DNA of 64,000 bases from an uncultured Gammaproteobacteria bacterium (GTDB lineage: Bacteria > Pseudomonadota > Gammaproteobacteria > Steroidobacterales > Steroidobacteraceae). Shown here piece by piece: positions 45,371 through 54,455 of this stretch. Location: the NCBI GenBank assembly GCA_963837075.1, contig CAWILY010000001.1, forward strand, positions 48,098 to 112,097, given 5' to 3'. Under the pieces are notes generated by a model that was not told the origin of the DNA, ran no database searches, and worked only from the letters and a program-made list of their open reading frames with translations. The stretch's first letter is position 1; every line of letters starts with the position of its first letter. The position numbers and the translations under genes are program-made.

Positions 45371-47116
45371 ATGCATCGCTTCCTGGCCTTCCAGTCGTTC
45401 CCTGCGGTGCTTACCGCCGTGCTACTCACCTCCTGTGGCGGCGACTCTGGCGGGGCGTCCCCACCTCCTCCTCCTCCAGCAGCCACTCACTTCTCCGTCA
45501 CCGCTCCAGCAGTCGCCACCGCCGGGAAGGCTTTCAATTTCACACTCACTGCGCTCGACGCCTCGAACAAAGTGGTCGCCGGCTACTCCGGCAAAGTGCA
45601 CTTCACCAGCACCGACGGCCAAGCAGTCCTTCCGGCCAACTCGACGCTGGCGAACGGGACTAAGACCTTCTCGGCCACGCTGAAGATAGCCGGGGGCCAA
45701 ACGATCACAGGCACCGACACGGCCGCTCCGTCAATCACTGGTACTTCGAGTTCGATCAACATCCCAGGGGCGACTCAATTGTCCGTCACCGCCCCGACGA
45801 CCGCCGGCCCCGGGACAGCTTTCAACGTCACAGTTACCGCGCTCGACGCCTCCAACCACGTAGTGACCGGCTACTCGGGGACAGTGCACTTCACGAGCAC
45901 TGACGGCCAAGCAGCGCTTCCGGCCAATTCCGCGCTAGCGAACGGGAGCATGACTTTCTCGGCCACGCTGAAGACCCCCGGCGGCCAAACGATCACGGCG
46001 ACCGACATGGCAACTCCTTCGATCGCGGGTACGTCGAGTTCGATCCAGGTAAGCGCATCACGATTCCAGAGCACTGGCAGTATGGGAACCGCGCGCGTAT
46101 CACATACCGCAACGTTGCTTGACGATGGAGAAGTCCTCATCACGGGAGGAACCGACGACGCCACCGTTTTTTCGTCGGCGGAGCTGTTTAATGCAGCGAG
46201 CGGGAGCTTTACGCCAACTGGAAGCATGACTACTCCGCGCCAATCGCACACCGCGACGTTGCTGAATAGTGCAAAGGTCCTCATTACGGGCGGGGAAAAT
46301 ACTGCAACTCTCCAAACAGCTGAACTGTTCACCCGTCGCACCGGAACCTTTACGGTAACCGGGCGTATGACCATCGCGCGCAAAGGCCATACGGCGACTT
46401 TGCTCACTAACGGCATGGTCCTGATAACAGGAGGCCTGGATACTGGCGGCACAGCACTCGCGACCGCGGAGCTGTTCGATCCCGGCACCGGAATCTTTAC
46501 CGCTATCGGCAGCAGCATGCGATACGCGCGCGCCTACCACAGCGCGACTTTGCTGAGCGACGGAGAGGTTCTCATCAGCGGAGGATCGGTGAGGGGCATT
46601 TGGCCCGCCGAGCTGTTTGATCCCAGCACCGGGGCATTTACGGCAATCAACAGCATGAAAACCCCATTCGCACGGGGTACGGCAACCTTGCTGAATGGCG
46701 GAGCAGTGCTGGTCGCAGGCGGCCTCTCCGGCAGGTGGGGCATTCCCCAGGCGAGCGCAGAACTTTTCGAGTTGAGCGGCCGATCTTTCATAGATACCGG
46801 CAGCCTGATGACGGCGCGCGGAGAGCAGACCGCGACGTTGCGAAACGACGGCACGGTGCTTATGGCCGGAGGCATAGTTGTCCTTGGCCCCGGCCACGGG
46901 TGCAACCCTCCCCCCAACGTTTGCCCACCACAGCTGGGAGCCACTTCGAGCGCGGAGCTGTTTGATCCAACGTACGGAACGTTCGTTCCAACTGACGATA
47001 TGGTTTCCGCACGGAGCTCTCACACGGCGACGCTGCTGGACAACGGCGTTGTCCTGATGACTGGGGGACGAGGTGTCGACGACGGCGCGCTCGCGACGGC
47101 GGAGCTGTACCAGTAG
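45371..47116 (+). CDS. lipoprotein with two tandem Ig-like modules and a Kelch-type beta-propeller
   Basis: Lipobox LLTSCGG. Two ~95-aa near-duplicate modules (HFSVTAPAVATAGKAFNFTLTALDASNKVV...HFTSTDGQAVLP... and QLSVTAPTTAGPGTAFNVTVTALDASNHVV...). At least six repeats of HTATLLxxGxVLITGG. Confidence 0.75.
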   Translation: MHRFLAFQSFPAVLTAVLLTSCGGDSGGASPPPPPPAATHFSVTAPAVATAGKAFNFTLTALDASNKVVAGYSGKVHFTSTDGQAVLPANSTLANGTKTFSATLKIAGGQTITGTDTAAPSITGTSSSINIPGATQLSVTAPTTAGPGTAFNVTVTALDASNHVVTGYSGTVHFTSTDGQAALPANSALANGSMTFSATLKTPGGQTITATDMATPSIAGTSSSIQVSASRFQSTGSMGTARVSHTATLLDDGEVLITGGTDDATVFSSAELFNAASGSFTPTGSMTTPRQSHTATLLNSAKVLITGGENTATLQTAELFTRRTGTFTVTGRMTIARKGHTATLLTNGMVLITGGLDTGGTALATAELFDPGTGIFTAIGSSMRYARAYHSATLLSDGEVLISGGSVRGIWPAELFDPSTGAFTAINSMKTPFARGTATLLNGGAVLVAGGLSGRWGIPQASAELFELSGRSFIDTGSLMTARGEQTATLRNDGTVLMAGGIVVLGPGHGCNPPPNVCPPQLGATSSAELFDPTYGTFVPTDDMVSARSSHTATLLDNGVVLMTGGRGVDDGALATAELYQ

Positions 47117-47173
47117 CGTCATCCCGAGGAGCGGGACAAACGCTTACTTCCCGTCTGAGGAAAGGAGAATGCC

Positions 47174-48670
47174 TTGAACACCAAGCCCAAGATAGCCGTT
47201 GCTGCACCGTCCTCATGCGCGGCGCCCGCCTCAAAAATCAGATCAAACACGTTGAGCTCGATTGGCGCGATGATTTTACTAGGCGCGCTGGCAATGCCGC
47301 TTCCGCTCGTTGCAGAGGACGGTCAAGATGGCAGACATGAGCACCATCATTACAAAGTCATCGACATTGGCACTTTCGGCGGACCACGCAGTCAATTCAG
47401 CACTCCCTCCTCAAAGGGCTTAAACAATCGGGGCATGGCCAGCGGAGTGGCTGATACCTCCGCGCTCGACCCAACTGGCTTTTTTGACGGTTTCATCGAC
47501 CACGCGTTCGTGTCGAAGGACGGTGTAACGACCGATCTGGGTGCACTGCCAGGTGGTGCTAGCAGCTTTGCCTATGCCGTCAACAATCACGGACTGATCG
47601 TCGGCCAGTCCCAGATCGGTTCGATTGATCCTTTTACCGGCGTGCCGGAGCTGCGTGGCGTGCTTTGGCGGAACGGACAATCGATCGATCTTGGAACTCT
47701 TGGGGGAAATGCAAGCAACGCGAACGCGATCAATGATCTCGGCCAGGTAGTGGGAGGGGCACTGACTGGGACGCCCGATCCCTTCGCAATGATTCCCCAA
47801 GCATCGTGCGCGATTTTGCAGACGACCGGAGCCTGTTCCGGTTTCACTTTCGCGTACAACGCGCTGTTCACGAACGCCACAACCGAGACGCACGCCTTTC
47901 TTTGGCAGGATGGCGTGATGCTTGATTTGGGTACGCTGGGCGGTCCCGATAGCACCGCCTTGATCAACAATGATCACGGGCAAGTTGCCGGCTGGTCTTA
48001 CACGAGCTTCGTCGCAAATCCGACCACGGGAGCGCCCACCGTGGATCCTTTCATTTGGAGTCCGGAGGATAGAGAAATGGTGGACCTCGGAGGCCTCGGG
48101 GGGACGTTCGGGGCTCCATTCTTCACGAATAACCGGGGTCAAGTCGTCGGGGTCTCGAACCTGGCGGGAGATCTGGTCACGGAACCCTTCCTATGGAGTA
48201 AGTCCGAAGGCATGAAGAATCTGGGCACACTGGGGGGAACCTTCGGTCATCCTGACTGGATCAACGATGAAGGCGAAGTTGTCGGCTTCTCTTACTTACC
48301 AGGCGACCAAGTCGGGCACGCATTTCTCTGGCGCCGAGGGGTAATGATCGATCTCGGGACACTTGGCTCCGACCCGGACAGTGAGGCTCAGAGCATCAAC
48401 GCACACGGTCAGATCGTCGGCGGTGATGGCGGGCCCAGTGGCGATCTTCACGGGTGGCTGTGGGAGCACGGCGGACCGATTGTCGACTTGAATAGACTGA
48501 TACTTCCCGGTTCGGGCCTGACCGTCCTCGGAGGTAATGTCATCAACGATCGCGGAGAAATCGCCGCAGCGGGAATGCTTCCCAATGGCGATGCGCACGC
48601 GATCCTACTGATCCCGTGCGATGAAAAGCATCCTGACATCGAGGGCTGCGACTACAGCCTCAAGGAATAA
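47174..48670 (+). CDS. HAF-family extracellular repeat protein
   Basis: Repeats HAFLWQDGVMLDLGTLGGPDS, EPFLWSKSEGMKNLGTLGGTFG and HAFLWRRGVMIDLGTLG. C-terminal HAILLIPCDEKHPDIEGCDYSLKE. The start may be the ATG at 47270 (MILLGALAMPLPLVA). Confidence 0.85.
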   Translation: MNTKPKIAVAAPSSCAAPASKIRSNTLSSIGAMILLGALAMPLPLVAEDGQDGRHEHHHYKVIDIGTFGGPRSQFSTPSSKGLNNRGMASGVADTSALDPTGFFDGFIDHAFVSKDGVTTDLGALPGGASSFAYAVNNHGLIVGQSQIGSIDPFTGVPELRGVLWRNGQSIDLGTLGGNASNANAINDLGQVVGGALTGTPDPFAMIPQASCAILQTTGACSGFTFAYNALFTNATTETHAFLWQDGVMLDLGTLGGPDSTALINNDHGQVAGWSYTSFVANPTTGAPTVDPFIWSPEDREMVDLGGLGGTFGAPFFTNNRGQVVGVSNLAGDLVTEPFLWSKSEGMKNLGTLGGTFGHPDWINDEGEVVGFSYLPGDQVGHAFLWRRGVMIDLGTLGSDPDSEAQSINAHGQIVGGDGGPSGDLHGWLWEHGGPIVDLNRLILPGSGLTVLGGNVINDRGEIAAAGMLPNGDAHAILLIPCDEKHPDIEGCDYSLKE

Positions 48671-48961
48671 GCGCTAAGGCGGGGGGCCGTATCGGACTTC
48701 GATGCGGCCCCGCGGCATTCGGCGATCGCGATACCTGGCTGACCTACCCGAACGCGGCCGGTCGCGACCCGCAAAAGTGGGTCACGAAGCGACCGTCGGT
48801 GGTTCGGTCGCAATCGACGGTCGCTGACCGGCCAAAGGACTAAACCGCTCGCGCGGTAGGGGTAGCTTCGATCAAAGGCCTGCGATTGGCTGATCTCTGA
48901 GGCTCTGTTCGTATGTTGTGGAGCGAGGCATTCCGCCTCGCTTCACAACGGGAGCAGAGCC

Positions 48962-49837
48962 ATGAACGATACATCCCCCAAGATCTCACCGCTGCGTCAA
49001 CGCATGATCGAGGACATGCGGATCCGCAAGCTCGAGCCCAAGACCCAGAGCGGCTACATCCGCGCCGTACGCCATTTCACCGTATGGTTCGGTCGCTCGC
49101 CCGACCAGGCCGGTGCTGAGGATCTGCGCCTCTTTCAGCTGCATCTGCTCGATCAGGGCGTTTCACCGATCACGATCAACGCGACACAGACCGGACTGCG
49201 CTTTTTCTTCGAGATCACCCTGGATCGCCCTGAGATCACGGGCAAGATGCGCCCCGTTCGTGTCGCGCAACGCTTGCCGGTCGTGCTCACCCGCGAGGAA
49301 GCGACGCGCCTGATCGACGCCACGCGCAACCTCAAGCACCGCGCCGCCCTGTCGGTGGCGTACGGCGCGGGCCTTCGCGCCAGCGAAGTGGTTGGCCTCA
49401 AGGTCAGTGACGTCGACAGCAAGCGCATGGTGCTGCGCGTCGATCAGGGCAAGGGCCGCAAGGACCGCTACGCACTCCTGCCGCCGGTGCTGCTCACGCG
49501 CCTGCGCGGCTGGTGGCGTTACGCCCGCGCCGAGGGCAAGGTGCTGCCCGACGGCTGGCTCTTTCCGGGCCAGGATCCGATGGAACCGATGAGCACCCGG
49601 CAGCTCAACCGCGCGGTGCACGAGGCGGCCACCGCCGCGCACATCGACAAGCGGGTGTCGATGCATTCGCTCCGTCATGCCTTCGCCACGCACCTGCTCG
49701 AGCAGAAGGAAGACATCCGCACCATCCAGGTCCTGCTCGGCCACAAGAAGCTCGAGACCACGGCCCTCTATACCCACGTGGCCACGGCGACGCTCAGCCA
49801 GGTCATCAGTCCGCTCGACAGTACCCGACCGACCTAG
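48962..49837 (+). CDS. tyrosine-type recombinase/integrase (IS91-associated)
   Basis: 291 aa, identical to the 53571-54446 product. Contains HSLRHAFATHLL and LLGHKKLETTALYTHV catalytic motifs. Confidence 0.9.
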   Translation: MNDTSPKISPLRQRMIEDMRIRKLEPKTQSGYIRAVRHFTVWFGRSPDQAGAEDLRLFQLHLLDQGVSPITINATQTGLRFFFEITLDRPEITGKMRPVRVAQRLPVVLTREEATRLIDATRNLKHRAALSVAYGAGLRASEVVGLKVSDVDSKRMVLRVDQGKGRKDRYALLPPVLLTRLRGWWRYARAEGKVLPDGWLFPGQDPMEPMSTRQLNRAVHEAATAAHIDKRVSMHSLRHAFATHLLEQKEDIRTIQVLLGHKKLETTALYTHVATATLSQVISPLDSTRPT

Positions 49838-49846
49838 CACCGAGGC

Positions 49847-51037
49847 GTGTCACGCCTGGAGGTCGCGGACATCTTCCGCGCCCACGGGCCGACCTGGCGA
49901 CACCAGGAGCGCGGCCACTTCAGTCTCGGCCAGCTCAAGGTCATGTCGGCCGTGGAGCACTGCCGCAGCGCCGCGCTGGGCGGTCACGCCCTGCGTTGTT
50001 CTTCTTGTGCACAGCCCCAGATCGCCTACAACTCCTGCCGCAACCGCCACTGCCCCAAGTGCCAGGGGAGCGCCGCGCGGCGCTGGCTCGAAGCGCGCTG
50101 CGCCGATCTCTTGCCGGCCGATTACTACCACGTGGTCTTCACCCTGCCGGCGCCCGTAAGCGCGCTCGCCTACACCAACAAGGAGCTGATGTATGGATTA
50201 TTGTTTGATATCGCGGCCGACACCCTGCGCACGATCGCCGCCGAGCCCAAGCACTTGGGCGCCCGCATCGGGCTTACCCTGATGCTGCACACCTGGGGCT
50301 CGGCTCTCACCCACCACCCCCATGTGCACGGCATCGTGCCCGGCGGCGGTCTCGCCCTCGATGCCGACCGCTGGGTTCCCTGCAAGCCGGGGTTCTTCCT
50401 CCCCGTACGCGTGCTCTCGCGTCTGTTCCGTCGCCGCTTCCTGGAAGCACTGTCCGCGGCCCACGGCCGCGGACAGTTACAGTGCTTGGGCGAGCTCGCC
50501 CACCTCGCCGATCCCGCCGCCTTCGCCGACTGGCTCGCCCCGCTCCGAGAGTGTGAGTGGGTCGTCTACGCTAAGCGCCCGTTCGCCGGACCCGAAGCGG
50601 TACTGGCGTATCTGTCGCGCTATACCCATCGCGTCGCCATCTCCAACTCCCGGCTCCTCGCACTCGATGAACGTGGCGTCACGTTCCGCTGGAAGGACTA
50701 CCGTGCCGAGGGCCGCACACGCCACAAGACCATGACCTTGAGTGCCGGGGAGTTCATGCGCCGCTTCCTGCTGCACGTGCTGCCGCGCGGCTTCCACCGC
50801 ATCCGCCACTATGGCTTGCTCGCTCACGCTCATCGCCGGCACAACATCGCCACCGCGCGCGCGCTGTTGCAGGCACCGGCGCCGCCGGCGCCGCTCGAAC
50901 CCGACAACCGCAACACGAGCGGCTCCAGAGCACCTACCTTCCTGTGCCGGCACTGTGGCGCGCCGATGCTCATCATCGAGACCTTCGCCCGCGCTCAGCA
51001 CATCCGCGGGCCACCGGCCTTGAGCTCCGTGGCGTGA
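49847..51037 (+). CDS. IS91 family (HUH, two-tyrosine) rolling-circle transposase
   Basis: N-terminal zinc-binding CRSAALGGHALRCSSC...CRNRHCPKC. HUH-type LHTWGSALTHHPHVHGIVPGGG. Y2 motif YLSRYTHRVAISNSRL. GTG start 9 nt after the integrase stop. Confidence 0.9.
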   Translation: MSRLEVADIFRAHGPTWRHQERGHFSLGQLKVMSAVEHCRSAALGGHALRCSSCAQPQIAYNSCRNRHCPKCQGSAARRWLEARCADLLPADYYHVVFTLPAPVSALAYTNKELMYGLLFDIAADTLRTIAAEPKHLGARIGLTLMLHTWGSALTHHPHVHGIVPGGGLALDADRWVPCKPGFFLPVRVLSRLFRRRFLEALSAAHGRGQLQCLGELAHLADPAAFADWLAPLRECEWVVYAKRPFAGPEAVLAYLSRYTHRVAISNSRLLALDERGVTFRWKDYRAEGRTRHKTMTLSAGEFMRRFLLHVLPRGFHRIRHYGLLAHAHRRHNIATARALLQAPAPPAPLEPDNRNTSGSRAPTFLCRHCGAPMLIIETFARAQHIRGPPALSSVA

Positions 51038-51712
51038 CTGCGCATCGCCTTCCGCTCGCACGTGATTTGCCTGTGCGGGTGCGAACGCCCCTGTGCGTGT
51101 CCCATCAACAACGCTTAGACCCCACGCGCCACTGCTACCCCAACACGCTGCCAAAGTCCGCCGCCGTAGACCCCCGCCATTCCAGGCCTCGCGACACCCG
51201 CCTCCCCAGTCGCTCCATCCCGCGCCGCACTCCCTCAAATCCCCATAGCTCAGCGCTTCCGCTGATCCTCGCCGTACCCCTTCGCGGTTTCCTCCCTTGA
51301 GGATTGTCCAACGCCTACCCCCAGACCCCTTCGCGCCCGGACAGTCCTGCGCATCGGGGTAGGCGTCCGACAATCCTTAACAACTCCCGCCAGTGACCGT
51401 GCCGGAGTGACTGCCCCGAAGCGGACCTTCACCTCCTGCGGAAGTGGGACACAGGCAGCCCTGACGGATAGTGGTAGCCGAATCGCCTGCTTCGGGACTC
51501 TTAATGGAGGCACACATTCATAACCGGCGGTCGCGCGGCTGCTTGTTTGAATACATGCATGAGGGGGATCGACCTGTCCCAAGGCAGCGCGCTCCTGCGT
51601 GGATGGTCTGGTCACTTGGACGACCGCTGAAACTCACTCGCTGCAGCGAGCTCTCCGAAGTATTAACGAGAATCTTGACTCACAGCCGGTTGCGACGCAG
51701 AGGACAATAAGC

Positions 51713-53269
51713 ATGAACTCCACGACACGGTTACGCCGGCAAGCGGTTGCAGTCGCTGGGATCTCTGCTTGGCTGCTTGCAAGTTGCGGCGGTGGCGGCG
51801 GAGGCGGAGGCGGACCGATGCAAGTGGCGGTGCCGAACGTGCTAGGGCTGACGCAGGCGGCCGCGACGACGTCGATGACAGCGGCCGGTCTGACGGTCGG
51901 TACCGTGACCATGGCCAGCAGTGTGGCCGTGCCAACGGGCAGCGTCATCAGCGAGAGTCCAACGGCCGGTATGAGCGTGACGACCGGCTCGGCGGTGAAT
52001 CTGACCCTGAGCACTGGCCCGACGCAAGTGGTCGTGCCGAACGTGGTAGGGCATACACAGCCGGCGGCGGCGACTTTGATCACAGGAGCCGGCCTCAAGG
52101 TCGGTACCGTGATCTTTGGCAGCAGTGCTGTGCAGACGGACAGGGCCACCGTCATCGGCGAGAGCCCGGCGGCCGGCATGAGCGTACCGGCCGGCTCGGC
52201 GGTGAATCTGACGGTGAGCTGTGGCTCCGCCCCCTGTTATGTATACGTGGCCAATTCCGGCGACGGCACTCTATCGTCTTATTCATTCAACCCGTCCACT
52301 GGTGAAATGAAGGCCCTGCGCCTCTCGCCGACCCTGCTCCTGGGGAGCGGACTGCTCAATGAGGTCAAGATCGATCCATCGGGCAAGTTCCTGTACGTCG
52401 CGTCCAACATTAACGCGATTTATGCGTTTACGATCAATAGCGACGGCTCGCTCGGTAGCATAACCGGCTCGCGCGGGATCCCTGGTTCGCCCTTTCCAGG
52501 CGGTGATGGACCCGTGTCCCTCGCGTTTGATTCGACGGGAGCCTACCTATACGTCTCAAACATGAACGGCAACTCGATTTCGGCTTACTCTGTGAACGCA
52601 GTCACCGGCGCACTGACTGCGCTCGCCGGTTCACCGTACGCGGTATCGGGAGTCAACCCGGTGCCCACTCAAATCGTCAGAGCGGGAAATTATCTCTACG
52701 TCACCGAGTCCGGTGCCGACTCGGTGGATGTATTCTCCATTGCCGCGGGCACTGGTGAACTGAAAGAAGGCGTTGCCGGATCTCCCTTTGCGACGGATAC
52801 GGGTCCGTACGGCATCACGGTCGATCCGTCCGGGTCGGTGGCCTACGTGGCCAACGCTGGGGCGGCCGGCGCCGGCAGCATCTCGGCATTCACGATCAAT
52901 TCGGCCTCCGGTGTCCTGACCCCGGTCGCTGGAAATCCCCAGAAGATACCCGTCGACCAATTTCTCAGCATTGATCCGCTGGGCAAGTTCCTGTTTGTAA
53001 CCGAAAGCGCGGGGGTGGCCGTCTATCCCATCACTGCGGGCACCGGCGTGCTCGGCACCGCCGTTACTGGGTCTCCCTTTGCGACAGGCATCAATGCCGG
53101 TCCGCATTCGGTCGGCATCGACCCCTCAGATCGGTTCGTATACGTGGGGAATGCCAAGTTGGCGAACGTTGCGGAATTCACGTTCGACAGCACCACGGGC
53201 GTGCTGACTCCGGTTGCCGGATCGCCGATCGCCGCAGGCACGTTCCCCGACTTCATCGCCATCGACTGA
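51713..53269 (+). CDS. lipoprotein with two PASTA-like domains fused to a lactonase-type 7-bladed beta-propeller
   Basis: Lipobox LLASCGGGGGGGGGP. Two repeats of VPNV.G.TQ.AA...T.AGL.VGTV...SS.V..G.VI.ESP.AGMSV..GSAVNLT.S. Then YVYVANSGDGTLSSYSF, YLYVSNMNGNSISAYSV and VAYVANAGAAGAGSISAF blades. Confidence 0.7.
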   Translation: MNSTTRLRRQAVAVAGISAWLLASCGGGGGGGGGPMQVAVPNVLGLTQAAATTSMTAAGLTVGTVTMASSVAVPTGSVISESPTAGMSVTTGSAVNLTLSTGPTQVVVPNVVGHTQPAAATLITGAGLKVGTVIFGSSAVQTDRATVIGESPAAGMSVPAGSAVNLTVSCGSAPCYVYVANSGDGTLSSYSFNPSTGEMKALRLSPTLLLGSGLLNEVKIDPSGKFLYVASNINAIYAFTINSDGSLGSITGSRGIPGSPFPGGDGPVSLAFDSTGAYLYVSNMNGNSISAYSVNAVTGALTALAGSPYAVSGVNPVPTQIVRAGNYLYVTESGADSVDVFSIAAGTGELKEGVAGSPFATDTGPYGITVDPSGSVAYVANAGAAGAGSISAFTINSASGVLTPVAGNPQKIPVDQFLSIDPLGKFLFVTESAGVAVYPITAGTGVLGTAVTGSPFATGINAGPHSVGIDPSDRFVYVGNAKLANVAEFTFDSTTGVLTPVAGSPIAAGTFPDFIAID

Positions 53270-53570
53270 TCCTTGGCGAAGGCAAGATAGGCCAGGCCGC
53301 GCGGGCGGCTGACAAAATGAGTCGTCAGCCGCTTCGCGATCGCCGGTTTTCCCAAAAGCTGACGTTCGCGACCGCCTGCTCCGGGTCCGGAAACTCAGAC
53401 GATGCCGGCGGCCGACCAGCACCCATCAGGCCGAGTTCGGCCAAAGGACTAAACCGCTCGCGCGGTAGGGGTAGCTTCGATCAAAGGCCTGCGATTGGCT
53501 GATCTCTGAGGCTCTGTTCGTATGTTGTGGAGCGAGGCATTCCGCCTCGCTTCACAACGGGAGCAGAGCC

Positions 53571-54446
53571 ATGAACGATACATCCCCCAAGATCTCACCG
53601 CTGCGTCAACGCATGATCGAGGACATGCGGATCCGCAAGCTCGAGCCCAAGACCCAGAGCGGCTACATCCGCGCCGTACGCCATTTCACCGTATGGTTCG
53701 GTCGCTCGCCCGACCAGGCCGGTGCTGAGGATCTGCGCCTCTTTCAGCTGCATCTGCTCGATCAGGGCGTTTCACCGATCACGATCAACGCGACACAGAC
53801 CGGACTGCGCTTTTTCTTCGAGATCACCCTGGATCGCCCTGAGATCACGGGCAAGATGCGCCCCGTTCGTGTCGCGCAACGCTTGCCGGTCGTGCTCACC
53901 CGCGAGGAAGCGACGCGCCTGATCGACGCCACGCGTAACCTCAAGCACCGCGCCGCCCTGTCGGTGGCGTACGGCGCGGGCCTTCGCGCCAGCGAAGTGG
54001 TTGGCCTCAAGGTCAGTGACGTCGACAGCAAGCGCATGGTGCTGCGCGTCGATCAGGGCAAGGGCCGCAAGGACCGCTACGCACTCCTGCCGCCGGTGCT
54101 GCTCACGCGCCTGCGCGGCTGGTGGCGTTACGCCCGCGCCGAGGGCAAGGTGCTGCCCGACGGCTGGCTCTTTCCGGGCCAGGATCCGATGGAACCGATG
54201 AGCACCCGGCAGCTCAACCGCGCGGTGCACGAGGCGGCCACCGCCGCGCACATCGACAAGCGGGTGTCGATGCATTCGCTCCGTCATGCCTTCGCCACGC
54301 ACCTGCTCGAGCAGAAGGAAGACATCCGCACCATCCAGGTCCTGCTCGGCCACAAGAAGCTCGAGACCACGGCCCTCTATACCCACGTGGCCACGGCGAC
54401 GCTCAGCCAGGTCATCAGTCCGCTCGACAGTACCCGACCGACCTAG
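53571..54446 (+). CDS. tyrosine-type recombinase/integrase (IS91-associated)
   Basis: Identical protein to the 48962-49837 product. Confidence 0.9.
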   Translation: MNDTSPKISPLRQRMIEDMRIRKLEPKTQSGYIRAVRHFTVWFGRSPDQAGAEDLRLFQLHLLDQGVSPITINATQTGLRFFFEITLDRPEITGKMRPVRVAQRLPVVLTREEATRLIDATRNLKHRAALSVAYGAGLRASEVVGLKVSDVDSKRMVLRVDQGKGRKDRYALLPPVLLTRLRGWWRYARAEGKVLPDGWLFPGQDPMEPMSTRQLNRAVHEAATAAHIDKRVSMHSLRHAFATHLLEQKEDIRTIQVLLGHKKLETTALYTHVATATLSQVISPLDSTRPT

Positions 54447-54455
54447 CACCGAGGC

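Larger units (their letters stand above)
48779..51382 (+). mobile_element. integrase + IS91-family unit, copy 2 (both genes intact)
   Basis: Left arm with hairpin GCGACCGTCG/CGACGGTCGC (48789-48824). Right-end hairpin GGATTGTCCAACGCCTACCCC/GGGGTAGGCGTCCGACAATCC (51301-51376). The last shared bases are CCTTAACA, ending at 51382. Confidence 0.8.

Noticed and set aside
48683-48711. GGGGCCG...CGGCCCC hairpin after the third HAF gene as a terminator
   Set aside because: The stem is short, the loop is 15 nt and no T-run follows. It is plausible but not supportable as an intrinsic terminator.
50477-51373. 298-aa antisense ORF inside the IS91-type units (also at 55086-55982 and 30075-30650)
   Set aside because: It lies opposite the well-supported HUH-Y2 transposase gene, and its Gly/Arg/Ala-rich product has no motifs.
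53435-53438. GTTC directly abutting the left end of IS91-type copy 3 as the family target tetranucleotide
   Set aside because: In IS91-family elements the conserved target tetranucleotide flanks the origin end, downstream of the transposase gene. Here that is the right end, where copy 1 is followed by CAAG but copies 2 and 3 are followed by ACTC. The left-side GTTC may be coincidental, so no target-site claim is made.
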